A stretch of 64,000 nucleotides of DNA from a virus. A model generated the notes under the pieces. It saw only the letters and a list, made by a program, of their open reading frames with translations, made no database searches and had not been told where the DNA came from. The stretch is from IMG/VR virus record IMGVR_UViG_3300027741_000027, positions 72,022 to 136,021 of that record. One strand, given 5' to 3'. Within the stretch, counting starts at the first letter, position 1, and each line of letters begins with the position of its first letter. The position numbers and the translations under genes are program-made. This document shows, in pieces, positions 53,226-63,355 of this stretch.

Positions 53226-53346
53226 AGGGTCACCTACGCTTTTCCGCTTGCGTATAATGGATCATTGTCTATAAATTAATTCCATTTTTTCATTTATAGA
53301 TTAGGCGGTTTCATCAGTGTCTATTATAACACCAATGGGTGACCCT
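53226..53346. ncRNA. Candidate ~120-nt structured RNA between tRNA-Leu and tRNA-Asn
   Basis: AGGGTCACC/GGTGACCCT closing stem enclosing three hairpins. Confidence 0.4.
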
Positions 53347-53348
53347 AA

Positions 53349-53431
53349 TACTCAGGAAGGGATTCGAACCCTTAAGGCCGCTTGGCCGGAAGATTTTGAG
53401 TCTTCTGTGTATACCGTTCCACCACCTGAGC
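53349..53431 (-). tRNA. tRNA-Leu (CAA)
   Basis: GCTCAGG/CCTGAGT acceptor, GAAGA-CTCAAAA-TCTTC arm, long variable arm, A73. Confidence 0.92.
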
Positions 53432-53481
53432 AAGTTGTTGTATTGTAACAGATGCTGGCAAAAATGCAAAATTTAAATCGT

Positions 53482-56400
53482 CTATGTTCTACCTTGATAA
53501 TTAAGCGCCTCATCTTGATAAGTTTGAGCCACAAGTTTAGGTTGTATAGAAAGTTGAATTTCAGCATTAGTTAAAATTAAATTATCAATTTCTGTTTTAG
53601 TAACATTTTCAAAACTATCAATATAAAATGTAGTATTTGTTACATTTAATTTATTAATTAAAAATAAACCATTAAATTTATTAGAAATAGAACCATCTGA
53701 ATTTTGAATTCCAACAATCAATGTTGTATCAAATCCCATTGTATGAGTGCCAGTTATTAATTTAGGATCAAAATCCAGATAGCTCTTAATATTGTGATCT
53801 GAAACTGTAGTAAACATTACAGTTGTAGAATCTTTATATGTAATTTTATCAATTTTAATTGATTTTTCTAAATTTGTTTTACTATATAATATTTTTTGAT
53901 TTGTAGTTTTAATAGTTGTATAATTATATGGTGATTTTTTACTTCTGTTTCGAATTGTTTTACCGGGAGTTAAATTTGATGTAAAATTTTGAAATGTGGG
54001 GGGATTAGATGATTTATTGATAACAAGATAAGGAAACGTATAATTTGTAATCTTAGAAATTGTTCCTGTGTTTTGATTAACAGAGCCAGAAGGAGGATTA
54101 TTTTCAAATGCAGAAATTGGAATTGTAAAAGTTGTAGTATTAGAATCACCCGTTACTGTTATAGGCAACTCATTTATATTAAAATTTGTACCTCCGATTA
54201 TGTTTTTAATTGTTACCCTTTGACCCGTAATAAGAAAATGGGGGGATCTTGTTACGTAAGTAACAATGCCATTATTAACATTGGCTGAATTAATTAAAAT
54301 GTTTGACGAGGTTGAATATGGCATTTTAAAATATATGGTTTTTTTATTAGCGGAAATAGAGTCAATTTCTAATCCACTTTCTGATCCATTAGGAAGAATT
54401 GTCTTAGGAAAATTGGACAAATCTGAAGTGTCTTCTCCAAATAATTTATAAATTATTGTTCCTTGCGTCCACGAACTTGGAACTACGGAGGTGGTTGTGG
54501 CAAATGTATCACCTTTGTTAATTGTTATGCTGCCTGTTTTTAATGCAGGGTTTTTATAACGATATATACCCCTTACGTTATTCGTTCCCGAATCATCATT
54601 TGAAACACTACTTGGAACAGCATAAGCGGTTTCATTACTTGCCCAGTTAAAATACATTGCGTTTTCTATTTTCCAAAAAGTATTTTGATTAAAATCAATT
54701 AATTTTCTAAAACTGGCTTGATAGTCATTACTGTTTAAGTCAGGCCAAGACATGAAAGTATCTATATATCCATTTTGCAAACTCTCGGTTTTAGCACTAT
54801 TTATAGCCATTTTATCAGTTGAATAACCGTATTCACTTAAAATTAAATTTGGAAAAGTTAAATTATTTGCTGTTGGAATTCCATAATATTGTGGTTTAAT
54901 AAACAAATTTTTTAATGTAACAAATTGATCTATTAAATCTGTTGCATAGCCCGGATATTTATTAACTCCAAATTTGTCGTATGCGTATTTACCATTTTTA
55001 ACTGCAAGAAGCCTCGGATACGTTTTGTTTGGTTGAGTAACTGCATTTGAAACCGCATTTGCCTTTGAATCAACGTCATGCATTTCTTTTTTAACTGTTT
55101 GAACAAAATCAAGAAAACTAAATTCAAAACCATATGAATAATCTTTTATAGAAGTTTTAATTTTAAGATTGCGATTAGTTGTAAGAGACAATTGTCTAGG
55201 ATGAAAAGGCCAATTGGCCCCTCGACTAATTCCAGTTCTTTTTATTGTGTGAATTTTATTATTATTACCAATTTGAAATTTAAAATCCGCTGGATAGTTT
55301 TTGCCTCCGTAAGCAGCGCTATCACATTCATTCCAAATTTGATAATTAATCATTTTTGGAAAATTAAGTTTGACAGAAACGCCCGCTGGCATTGATTTAT
55401 TTAATGGTTTATCAATTGTAATTTGATTACCATTGATAGAACAAATTCTTGCATCTGGGGGAATGTACGAGTTATTACCGTCTTGGGCGGTTGATGGTAC
55501 TGAACCAAAAGCATCGCTCTCTATTGTCATTCCAACAACAATGTTTGAAGTTGTCGGATAACTAGAATTAAAAGTTAAATTAATTGTTTGACTGTAAGCG
55601 TTTTTATTAACGTTAGAAATTGCGCTGGTTATTGAATTAACAGTGTTATTTAATTCGGTCCAAAAAGTTCCATTAGTACCAAATTTTGTTAAAAATATAT
55701 TCATAAATGCGGCAAAATCATAATAATCACTTGGAAGTGACCCTCCTTTTCTTTTTAAATTAATAAGAAATATTGCAACATCTTTTACACTATTAAATTT
55801 AAAAACATCATTTTGATTTATATCAATTTTTTTACTTTTACCATTAATAACATTATTTAATTCATAATCTTGAATTGAACCTATGACATAATTATCTAAT
55901 ATTTGAGACAGAGGTTGATTTAAACCAATTTTCCAAGAATTATTTTTAGTTAAACGGTCAGTTGGATCATAACTTGTTACAAGTGATCCATTTAAATGAG
56001 ATTTAAGGACGGGATATTTTGCTGTTAATACATTTCCTGAGCGAGATGTAATTGTAATTATTTCATCATCAATGTAAATTTTAAATTCTCCGCGACCTGA
56101 TGAAAAAAACGATCCGTCAGTTACAGTTATCTTTTTTGGTTCATTTGGATCTATACTTACAAGTCTAGTATTTGCAATTTGCGTTACAGACGTTATTTTA
56201 CAATTATTTGGAATATTATCTCCAGTAATTACCATATTTGGTAATAATAAACATCCTCTTTTTAAATCATTAACAATAATAAAAGAGTCTCCAACATTTC
56301 CCGTTGCATAAACTTTGACACCTTTATTTTTTAATTGAGTTTTTGTTTCAGGGTCATTAAAAGAAAATATATTATTGTTATCAATAAAATAATCCCAATC

Positions 56401-57441
56401 CATTGCCCAATTTGGCGGAGATCCAAATCTTGGCATAACTTGAATACCTCTTTCGCTTGCTAATTGTAAATATTTTTCTAAAGGAAAGGTAGCATTATTC
56501 CAATTTATTGAATGAGTTAAAATTCCATTTACAATAGTTGGAGCATTAGGTTCAAAATCTTTCCACATCATAGAAGTTCTTACTGATTCATTTCCACTTC
56601 CGGCCATGTGATGAACCATGTATTCTATGTTATTTTGACCTATATTTTTATCAAAAAAATAAATATTTAAATTTATAATATTTTGATTAATTTTTGAATT
56701 TAAAGTAATTTGATTGCTATTATTAGCAATAGCAATAACTTTAGTGGGTTCACCTTGACTATTTAATGTAGGTATGTTTACACCAGTCACAAACTGGCCA
56801 ATTTCAATTCCTGTTTTATCTGCAACGGTTACAATTGATGTACCAGCAGTTGCTGATTGACAAATAGTTTGAATTTTGTCAGAAACTTGAGAACCATTAT
56901 AAACTAATTTAGCTTGTCCGCCTTGAGTGGTATTTGAAAAAGTATTTACAAAACTAAATGTTACTTCTCCTCCAGACACCCAACTAGAATTTGTTGGATT
57001 GTTAATAGGAACAAAAATTCCAGAAAAATAATTGTAATTACTTTTTACTTTAGTTTCATTAACAATACCTGTTCCTGTAACTAATTGATTTGCAGTAATT
57101 CCAATTGAATTCGCCACTGTAAGTACGGTTTGATCTGCTCCGTTTGTTGCCGTTGCAGTTGTAATTTTATTTTTTGCAATTGTAAATTGTGAATTTGTCC
57201 TAGTTGCAATAGTGCCTGTAATATTGTACTCAATTGGCAACATTCCTGTAATTGTTACCGTTTGACCAATTGCAAATTTATTACTGCCAAAGTAAGTTAA
57301 ATTATTTCCGTCATTTGTTGCATTTGTAATAATTGCTGTATCTAATTGATTAATTTGATACATGGTAAAACTTTCTCTTAAATAAGTAGGCGGCAAAAAA
57401 TTTGTGCCAATAAAATTTAATGGAAATTTTCTTGTAGTCAT
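53482..57441 (-). CDS. Large AT-rich protein with clan GH-A glycoside hydrolase motifs split by beta-rich inserts; putative tail depolymerase
   Basis: SVRTSMMWKDFEP, YQIWNECD (acid/base), LILSEYGYS (nucleophile), MYFNW; repeated GQ.VTITG-type virion domains. Confidence 0.65.
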   Translation of the reverse strand: MTTRKFPLNFIGTNFLPPTYLRESFTMYQINQLDTAIITNATNDGNNLTYFGSNKFAIGQTVTITGMLPIEYNITGTIATRTNSQFTIAKNKITTATATNGADQTVLTVANSIGITANQLVTGTGIVNETKVKSNYNYFSGIFVPINNPTNSSWVSGGEVTFSFVNTFSNTTQGGQAKLVYNGSQVSDKIQTICQSATAGTSIVTVADKTGIEIGQFVTGVNIPTLNSQGEPTKVIAIANNSNQITLNSKINQNIINLNIYFFDKNIGQNNIEYMVHHMAGSGNESVRTSMMWKDFEPNAPTIVNGILTHSINWNNATFPLEKYLQLASERGIQVMPRFGSPPNWAMDWDYFIDNNNIFSFNDPETKTQLKNKGVKVYATGNVGDSFIIVNDLKRGCLLLPNMVITGDNIPNNCKITSVTQIANTRLVSIDPNEPKKITVTDGSFFSSGRGEFKIYIDDEIITITSRSGNVLTAKYPVLKSHLNGSLVTSYDPTDRLTKNNSWKIGLNQPLSQILDNYVIGSIQDYELNNVINGKSKKIDINQNDVFKFNSVKDVAIFLINLKRKGGSLPSDYYDFAAFMNIFLTKFGTNGTFWTELNNTVNSITSAISNVNKNAYSQTINLTFNSSYPTTSNIVVGMTIESDAFGSVPSTAQDGNNSYIPPDARICSINGNQITIDKPLNKSMPAGVSVKLNFPKMINYQIWNECDSAAYGGKNYPADFKFQIGNNNKIHTIKRTGISRGANWPFHPRQLSLTTNRNLKIKTSIKDYSYGFEFSFLDFVQTVKKEMHDVDSKANAVSNAVTQPNKTYPRLLAVKNGKYAYDKFGVNKYPGYATDLIDQFVTLKNLFIKPQYYGIPTANNLTFPNLILSEYGYSTDKMAINSAKTESLQNGYIDTFMSWPDLNSNDYQASFRKLIDFNQNTFWKIENAMYFNWASNETAYAVPSSVSNDDSGTNNVRGIYRYKNPALKTGSITINKGDTFATTTSVVPSSWTQGTIIYKLFGEDTSDLSNFPKTILPNGSESGLEIDSISANKKTIYFKMPYSTSSNILINSANVNNGIVTYVTRSPHFLITGQRVTIKNIIGGTNFNINELPITVTGDSNTTTFTIPISAFENNPPSGSVNQNTGTISKITNYTFPYLVINKSSNPPTFQNFTSNLTPGKTIRNRSKKSPYNYTTIKTTNQKILYSKTNLEKSIKIDKITYKDSTTVMFTTVSDHNIKSYLDFDPKLITGTHTMGFDTTLIVGIQNSDGSISNKFNGLFLINKLNVTNTTFYIDSFENVTKTEIDNLILTNAEIQLSIQPKLVAQTYQDEALNYQGRT

Positions 57442-57497
57442 TATGAATCCGTTTTAAAAATCATCTTATACATTAAGAGTTTGATTATACAAAACAA

Positions 57498-57525
57498 GAA
57501 AGGCTCCGCAAGGGAACCTTTCCAT
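57498..57525. terminator. Possible terminator after nrdJ
   Basis: AAGGCTCC-gcaa-GGGAACCTT imperfect hairpin. Confidence 0.4.
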
Positions 57526-57553
57526 ACTTCTTGTCTATATAGTTAGACTAAGC

Positions 57554-59233
57554 TTAAACGCCGCACAAGCCTCCTACGCACTTCGCTTCATCTTCCTCGT
57601 ATACGACGCCAACCTTATCTTTAGCTTCTTCATAAGTGGAGATGGTAAAGGGTTGTCCGCCTCTTGACCCGTCAGGATAACAAGTGATTCCACGCAATTG
57701 CGGTAAGTAGCCATACAGAAGATCTGCAAAATCAGCAACCTCTGTTGGGTCTGTGATTGGGTACGGAAGATTAATTGTTGAAGAAATGCCGTGATCGACA
57801 TACTGCTGCATCCATGCCTGCATTGCAATCCTGCGCTCAACATCAAATGCAAGGGTGTAGGCATCTTCAATAGCCTCTGGGTCTACGCCTTCATCAATAA
57901 GGCGCTTGGCAGTAGGATCAATTACATACTGGTAATTAATAATGTCGTCGCCATTAGCCTTAGCTTCTTTGTAGCGCCTTTTAAAGGCCACACAAAAGAT
58001 TGGTTCAATGCCAGTAGTAGTTTCAGCCATAATGCCAATTGTGCCAGTAGGAGCAATTGCACGGGTTTTAACGGGAGTATTAAGACTGTGCTTAGCAGCC
58101 CAATCGCTAGCAAAATTAGTTGACTGAGTGTAAACGTCAAGCCAATCGCCAAGCTCTGTATCAGGTCCATACTTTTTGCCCTTCTTAAGCAACCACTCAT
58201 GAACGCCCATTACGCCAAGACCAAGACGACGATTCTTTGCACGAACTTCCTTAACTTTATCATATGGAAGGTGTGAATATACAGTTCCAGCAAGAAGGAA
58301 CAAGGTGCCATACCTGACCACTTCACGCATTTCATCAATGTCAGCAATACGAGCAAGATTAATTGAACCAAGATTGCAGATATCTGAATCATCATGCGAC
58401 GTTACTTCGCAACATGCGTTTCTAAGTGTTTCACCAGCATTATCACCAATGTCTACGCTAAATCCGGGTTCAGCGGTCTTAACCATGAATTGAACACCAA
58501 GATGGTAAATGTGATGAGCAAGCTTATGCTTCTCATGATCCTTATCTTCATAAGCTGCAAAGAATTCATCATCAAGAAGAATTGACACATTGGTAAATTC
58601 CATGTCTGCTGGGAAATTAAAATCAACAGCCTTGATGTCCCTTACTTCTTGACGCCAATCCTTGATGCGAATAAACTCTTCGCAATCTGGATGCGACCAA
58701 TTAAGGCCAGCCCAAATAGCTGAACGACGAGCACCACCCTGCATTACACCGCGACCGATCTCATTGATCATCTTCATAAGAGGAATGGGACCAGAAGCAA
58801 CTCCGCCAGTCCTTTTAATAGGCGTATTTGATGCGCGAATACCGCTGTAATCAACACCAATGCCAGCACCAGTCTGTAGTGCCATAGCCGACTTAGCTAA
58901 AAGATCAGCCCAACCTTCCCTTGAATCCTCTGCTTTAAGCAAAAGACAATTCTGGGTCTGATGAAGATCTCTACCGGAAGCATAAAGATAACGACCACCC
59001 GGAATAAATTTCCTATCTTTTACAAAATCATAAAGTTTATTAAATTCTTCACTATCGGTTGAATAGCCAAGAGCACCAAGAACATTCTCAACTACACGAT
59101 ATGCAGTATCTGACCAATTCTCAACTACATTACCTTCTTCATCTCTCCAAGCATACTTTTGCTCATAAATGGTATTAGCAAAATCACTCATTTCAGATGA
59201 TAAAACATTATTACTTTTTTTACCTAGATTCAT
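57554..59233 (-). CDS. nrdJ: Class II (adenosylcobalamin-dependent) ribonucleotide reductase
   Basis: FIPGGRYLY, QNC, G.G.G.DYS.IR, RRSA, NACCE, ICNLGSINLA, RRLGLG.MG, IAPTGTI, ISSTINLP, GITCYPDGSR. Confidence 0.93.
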   Translation of the reverse strand: MNLGKKSNNVLSSEMSDFANTIYEQKYAWRDEEGNVVENWSDTAYRVVENVLGALGYSTDSEEFNKLYDFVKDRKFIPGGRYLYASGRDLHQTQNCLLLKAEDSREGWADLLAKSAMALQTGAGIGVDYSGIRASNTPIKRTGGVASGPIPLMKMINEIGRGVMQGGARRSAIWAGLNWSHPDCEEFIRIKDWRQEVRDIKAVDFNFPADMEFTNVSILLDDEFFAAYEDKDHEKHKLAHHIYHLGVQFMVKTAEPGFSVDIGDNAGETLRNACCEVTSHDDSDICNLGSINLARIADIDEMREVVRYGTLFLLAGTVYSHLPYDKVKEVRAKNRRLGLGVMGVHEWLLKKGKKYGPDTELGDWLDVYTQSTNFASDWAAKHSLNTPVKTRAIAPTGTIGIMAETTTGIEPIFCVAFKRRYKEAKANGDDIINYQYVIDPTAKRLIDEGVDPEAIEDAYTLAFDVERRIAMQAWMQQYVDHGISSTINLPYPITDPTEVADFADLLYGYLPQLRGITCYPDGSRGGQPFTISTYEEAKDKVGVVYEEDEAKCVGGLCGV

Positions 59234-59545
59234 AACTTTTTCCTTTTAAGTTTTTTATTTGGTAGTGATTATATTCTTTGTTTACTGTTTGTCTTTAGTG
59301 GAAGCTTGAGTTAATACTATTAATTAATATAACCCCTGTTGTAGCCCTTCGTCATACGACGACACCGCCTCCCTGCTATCCACAATGTAGCAGATAGCAA
59401 CACCTACCCATCTGACGGGTTAAGTGACGTTTGGCAAAATGGCGAGCTATTGGCTCTTTATTTTCAACGCCCGCTTCTCAGCTATAACGACGATAACACA
59501 GTTGAATAAAGATTGCAAGCCAAGTTGATATAAAAATTAAATTTC

Positions 59546-59574
59546 TTGCAAAATGGTGTCAAATGTGCTAGATT
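59546..59574 (+). promoter_or_regulatory. Sigma70-type leaderless promoter of the replication operon
   Basis: TTGCAA-17 nt-TAGATT with TG extension; ATG 59581 lies 6 nt downstream. Confidence 0.7.
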
Positions 59575-59580
59575 ACTCAC

Positions 59581-59886
59581 ATGGAAATCAAACCTTATCA
59601 AATTTGCGTATCCGCAGATGGGTGGTATCCCATTCGGATTGAATCCAGTAATCAGGATCAGTATTATACCGTAATGGTCTCTCCTTGGGGAGAACAAAAC
59701 GATCACATTTGCGAATGCGCAGGATATACATATCGCGGCTCATGTCGTCATCAAGAAGCGGCTCAACGATATCGATGTGCTTGGAAAGAAATTGAGTCAG
59801 ATGTAAAACAAACAGAAGATAAAAAGGAAGAAATGATCTGCCCTAAATGCGGCGGACCTACTAAATGGGCAATTGAGGTAAAATGA
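59581..59886 (+). CDS. SWIM Zn-finger protein with second C-terminal CxxC
   Basis: YYTV...ICECAGYTYRGSCRH; CPKCGG. Confidence 0.8.
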   Translation: MEIKPYQICVSADGWYPIRIESSNQDQYYTVMVSPWGEQNDHICECAGYTYRGSCRHQEAAQRYRCAWKEIESDVKQTEDKKEEMICPKCGGPTKWAIEVK

Positions 59887-60428
59887 ACGAAGAACTTTTA
59901 AATATCACTAGCAAACTTGGAGCTTCTTATAAAGAGGCTAAAAAGTGGGATGGATCAAAGAATGAGTATAGGAAAAAGTTCTTTGAAATTGCAGAACAAC
60001 AGCATAATACGTTAGCCGAGAAGATTGTTGCTGTTTCAGCAGCAAGTTTGGGCGATGCAATTTCACAAGCTGAAAAACTACATCCGGCTTGGACTCCTCT
60101 TTCAGCAACAGAAACTGATAGCGGGTTTGATGTTAGAATCAAAGAAAACCCTGCATTTATGCCATTTGTTTTTGTAAATGATGAAGATGGTATGGTTTAT
60201 CAAAAGCAGGTTGTTTCTGGGCCTGTCATGTTTGACGATGAACGGTTTGAAAAAGATCATCCAACGTTGTATCATGTAGTGACCCATGTGCCAGAACCAA
60301 AGCGCGAGCTTAGGCCGTTAGAGGATTTGTCAGATGAACAGATTGCTATTATTCAAGACTACGTTTATGAAGGCAAACCAATTATTAAACTGGCCGCTCC
60401 TAGGAAAGCAAAAGAAGACGAACTTTAA
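59883..60428 (+). CDS. Hypothetical protein (181 aa)
   Basis: ATGA-coupled in the replication operon. Confidence 0.75.
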   Translation: MNEELLNITSKLGASYKEAKKWDGSKNEYRKKFFEIAEQQHNTLAEKIVAVSAASLGDAISQAEKLHPAWTPLSATETDSGFDVRIKENPAFMPFVFVNDEDGMVYQKQVVSGPVMFDDERFEKDHPTLYHVVTHVPEPKRELRPLEDLSDEQIAIIQDYVYEGKPIIKLAAPRKAKEDEL

Positions 60429-60689
60429 ATGACAGGTAAATTTTCTTTTACTGTTACAGACCTTGCTCGTTTTTTGGGCAAATCATCTGTTACCCTTAGG
60501 GGGTGGGAACGAAAAGGTCTTTTTGACTTTCCCAGAGATCCAAGTGGTGATCGAAAATTTACTACTACTGACATTAGAGATGCGGCTCGCAAAGCAAGAG
60601 AATTAAAGCGCATTTCTAATCAAAGATTACAATACATTGAAGCGTCTGTTACGATGCTTGAACTTATCGAAAGAGAAAATAAAAAATGA
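60429..60689 (+). CDS. MerR-type HTH DNA-binding protein
   Basis: FTVTDLARFLGKSSVTLRGWERKGLF..PRD.SGDRKFT..DI. Confidence 0.85.
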   Translation: MTGKFSFTVTDLARFLGKSSVTLRGWERKGLFDFPRDPSGDRKFTTTDIRDAARKARELKRISNQRLQYIEASVTMLELIERENKK

Positions 60690-61330
60690 AAATTGGTTTA
60701 GCAGGAGTACAAGGTGCAGGAAAAACAGAACTTGCCAATGATTTAAAAAAAGTTTTAGAGGAAACGGGTAAATATAAATCTATTAAAATTATTGATAATT
60801 ATGTAGAAGAAATAGAAAAAGAAACGCATTTGTCTTTAGATTTTTGCGCTACTTATCTTGGAAATGCGTATATTGCGCTAGGTAGATATGCTCGCGAAAG
60901 AGTTGCAATTGAAGATAATGATGTTGTCATTACTTGCGGTACTGTATTTGAAACTGCGACATATGCAGCTCAACAAATGGAGAGCGAGTTTAATTCTATT
61001 TTAGACGAAGCGGAAAAATTAGAACACGTTCGAAGAGTTGAAGCTTTTATGAAATTTGTATCTTGTTTATATATTGACACTGTAGAATATGATCACATAT
61101 TTCATTTACCAAGAATTTTTAAAAACGAAGAAGAAGATTTAAGAATTGAAAAATTAAATAAGAATCTTTTATTTGCGTTTGAAACATTTTCTTTGTTTCC
61201 AACGGTAAAAATAGAATCCGAAGGTCAAAATTTAGAAGAAGTAAATGCCAACAGAGTGAAAAAGGTAATGGAGACAATTAATGCAAATAACGTTAAGGAA
61301 CAAGACGTACAACCTGAAGAATCTGACTGA
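60686..61330 (+). CDS. P-loop nucleotide kinase-like protein (AAA_28/thymidylate-kinase-like)
   Basis: MKIGLAGVQGAGKTEL; YDHIFHL. Confidence 0.75.
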   Translation: MKIGLAGVQGAGKTELANDLKKVLEETGKYKSIKIIDNYVEEIEKETHLSLDFCATYLGNAYIALGRYARERVAIEDNDVVITCGTVFETATYAAQQMESEFNSILDEAEKLEHVRRVEAFMKFVSCLYIDTVEYDHIFHLPRIFKNEEEDLRIEKLNKNLLFAFETFSLFPTVKIESEGQNLEEVNANRVKKVMETINANNVKEQDVQPEESD

Positions 61331-62111
61331 TCAAGAATACAATCTGGCTATCAAACTTGCTAAAAGCAAGCAGTCATTAGATCAGTGTCCAACTTGTGAT
61401 TCTAAGCTAGAGGTTATTCCCGGCTCTGGTGGAGTTAGAGAAAGAACCAACGGAGAGTATCGTTACATGGGAGAATTGTATCCGTGTGAATGTGACGCAC
61501 AAATCGCTCTCAGGGCAAGATATCTAGTAGCAAACATCGGTGAGCAGTATCAGCGCTTGTCATGGGACGAGTGGGACGGATGCGAAGATACTAGAAGCGT
61601 AGTTGATACATATCTTGGTAGTTGGGAAAAGTTTTTTAAACAGGGTATTGGCATTGAGTTTTATAGTTCGGCACTTGGAACTGGTAAAACCTTTGCATCT
61701 ACTCATATTGGTAAAGAATTAATCAAGCAGGGTCAATCTGTTTATTTTATTCCATTTATTGAAATGGTTGCAGCGTTTGATAGACAGGACTCTGAATACA
61801 TTGCGGGCAAAATTAGAGAATCAGGATTTGTTATTCTTGATGAAGTAACGCCTCCTTTTTCAGAGGCGCAAAGGGCGTTTTTCTCAGTTCAGCTAGAAGC
61901 CCTTATTCGTCATCGAACAAATAATAACCTTCCTACAATAATGACAACGAACATGAGCCAAGAGATGCTAAACTCATCTTACCCGCGCATTTATTCGCTG
62001 TTGTCTGCAAAGCAGATTAGGCAGGAAGTGAAGGGAACCGATAGGCGAAATCTAATCGGAATTAAGGAAATGGAAATCATTGCAAACGGAGAAACGAGAC
62101 CTATTACATGA
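61281..62111 (+). CDS. DnaC/IstB-like helicase-loader ATPase
   Basis: CPTC...CEC Zn site; GTGKT Walker A; VILDEV; R.NNNLPTIMTTN. Confidence 0.88.
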   Translation: MQITLRNKTYNLKNLTDQEYNLAIKLAKSKQSLDQCPTCDSKLEVIPGSGGVRERTNGEYRYMGELYPCECDAQIALRARYLVANIGEQYQRLSWDEWDGCEDTRSVVDTYLGSWEKFFKQGIGIEFYSSALGTGKTFASTHIGKELIKQGQSVYFIPFIEMVAAFDRQDSEYIAGKIRESGFVILDEVTPPFSEAQRAFFSVQLEALIRHRTNNNLPTIMTTNMSQEMLNSSYPRIYSLLSAKQIRQEVKGTDRRNLIGIKEMEIIANGETRPIT

Positions 62112-63355
62112 GTATTACCACGCCGTATCTTGATCTTGATGAAGAGATCCTTCATCATCTATCAATCCCTGAGTCAATTGGTTATATTCAGGCAGAACAA
62201 ATCACTTCTGGCCTAATTGAAGATCAGTCGGTAAAAACCGTTTTTGATTGGCAGATGAATTACATTCGTGAGTACGGCAAGCATGCCACTCCAGCAGTAA
62301 TTCAAGATGAATTTGGAATTGCCATATCTGAACCGCAGACGGTTATCGGTGATCTTATTAATCGACTTAGAGAGCGCCATATTCGTACATATGGTCGTGA
62401 TATTATTCGCAACCTTGCAGAGATGGCAAACAGCGAACCCTTGGCAGTGTCTAAGGAAATGCTTAAGGCGGGTCGTGATCTTGCTGACCTAACCCTCAAG
62501 AGGGGCGAAGTATTTGGTTCAGGCGATTATCACCGAGCAATGGCAATGTATGACAAACGTGCGCTTAAGGGTCGCGGTCCAAGTCTTGGGTTTCGTGAAG
62601 TGGATGACCACTTTAACGGCATGCAAGGTGTTACATTTCTTATTGCCGCTCCTAAGACTTACAAGAGTTGGATGACCATCAAGATGGTGTTGAATAACAT
62701 CACCACCGAAGATGAACATTTTCCATACTTGTATTCACTTGAGCTTCCTGCAAATGAGAGCGATATGCGCCTTCGTTGCATGGCCGCAAACGTTCCCTAC
62801 TGGAAATACCTTAAGAATTCTCTTATGCCAGAGGATAGGCGGGCTATTGAGGATTCATCTGAGTTGATGGATGAACGCGGCCAGTTTAGAATTGAAAAAC
62901 CCGATCAGGGTGAGCGTGGAGTTCAGCGTATGGTTGAGCGAGCAATTAACGCAGGGGCATCATGCGTATTTATCGATCAGCTTCAATACATCGAAAATCG
63001 CAAGGGTTTAAACCTTGGTGCGCAAAACAACACGGGCGATTACTTTGAAGTAGTTAACGATCTTCGTAACTACTCTGATCAGATTCCAATTTTTGTTGTT
63101 CATCAGTTTAATCGTTCAGTAATGAACGCTAGTGAGATGCCTGAGATGCAGCAGGGCAAAGGTTCATCAGCAATTGAAGAAGTTGCAACCCTTTCACTTG
63201 GCCTTTGGGCAAGTAAGGAAATGCGCAAGAGTAATACATTGCAAATTGGTACCCTTGCTTCTCGTAATTATTCGTATCAAAATTGGGAAGTAGGAGTTCA
63301 ACTTTCTCACGGTTGTCGGTTTGATATGATCGGCCCAGTGACTGACGATGAGTGA
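62108..63355 (+). CDS. DnaB-like replicative helicase
   Basis: LIAAPKTYKS, YSLE, VFIDQLQ, VVHQFNR, GSSAIEE. Confidence 0.88.
   Translation: MSITTPYLDLDEEILHHLSIPESIGYIQAEQITSGLIEDQSVKTVFDWQMNYIREYGKHATPAVIQDEFGIAISEPQTVIGDLINRLRERHIRTYGRDIIRNLAEMANSEPLAVSKEMLKAGRDLADLTLKRGEVFGSGDYHRAMAMYDKRALKGRGPSLGFREVDDHFNGMQGVTFLIAAPKTYKSWMTIKMVLNNITTEDEHFPYLYSLELPANESDMRLRCMAANVPYWKYLKNSLMPEDRRAIEDSSELMDERGQFRIEKPDQGERGVQRMVERAINAGASCVFIDQLQYIENRKGLNLGAQNNTGDYFEVVNDLRNYSDQIPIFVVHQFNRSVMNASEMPEMQQGKGSSAIEEVATLSLGLWASKEMRKSNTLQIGTLASRNYSYQNWEVGVQLSHGCRFDMIGPVTDDE

Noticed and set aside
53226-53346. Hammerhead ribozyme (CTGATGA and GAAA on minus strand)
   Set aside because: Stem II does not start right after CTGATGA with a G-C pair, and no stem III/UH site is positioned correctly
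59240-59500. Cobalamin riboswitch upstream of nrdJ
   Set aside because: No GGGAA, GCCACTG or B12-box consensus visible
59482-59706. 74-aa minus-strand ORF
   Set aside because: Antisense to the SWIM gene and its promoter; no RBS or motif
45010-63355. Inteins or introns in terL, nrdJ or the helicase
   Set aside because: Sizes are normal, motifs are contiguous, and no C..HN[CST] splice junctions or homing endonuclease motifs were seen
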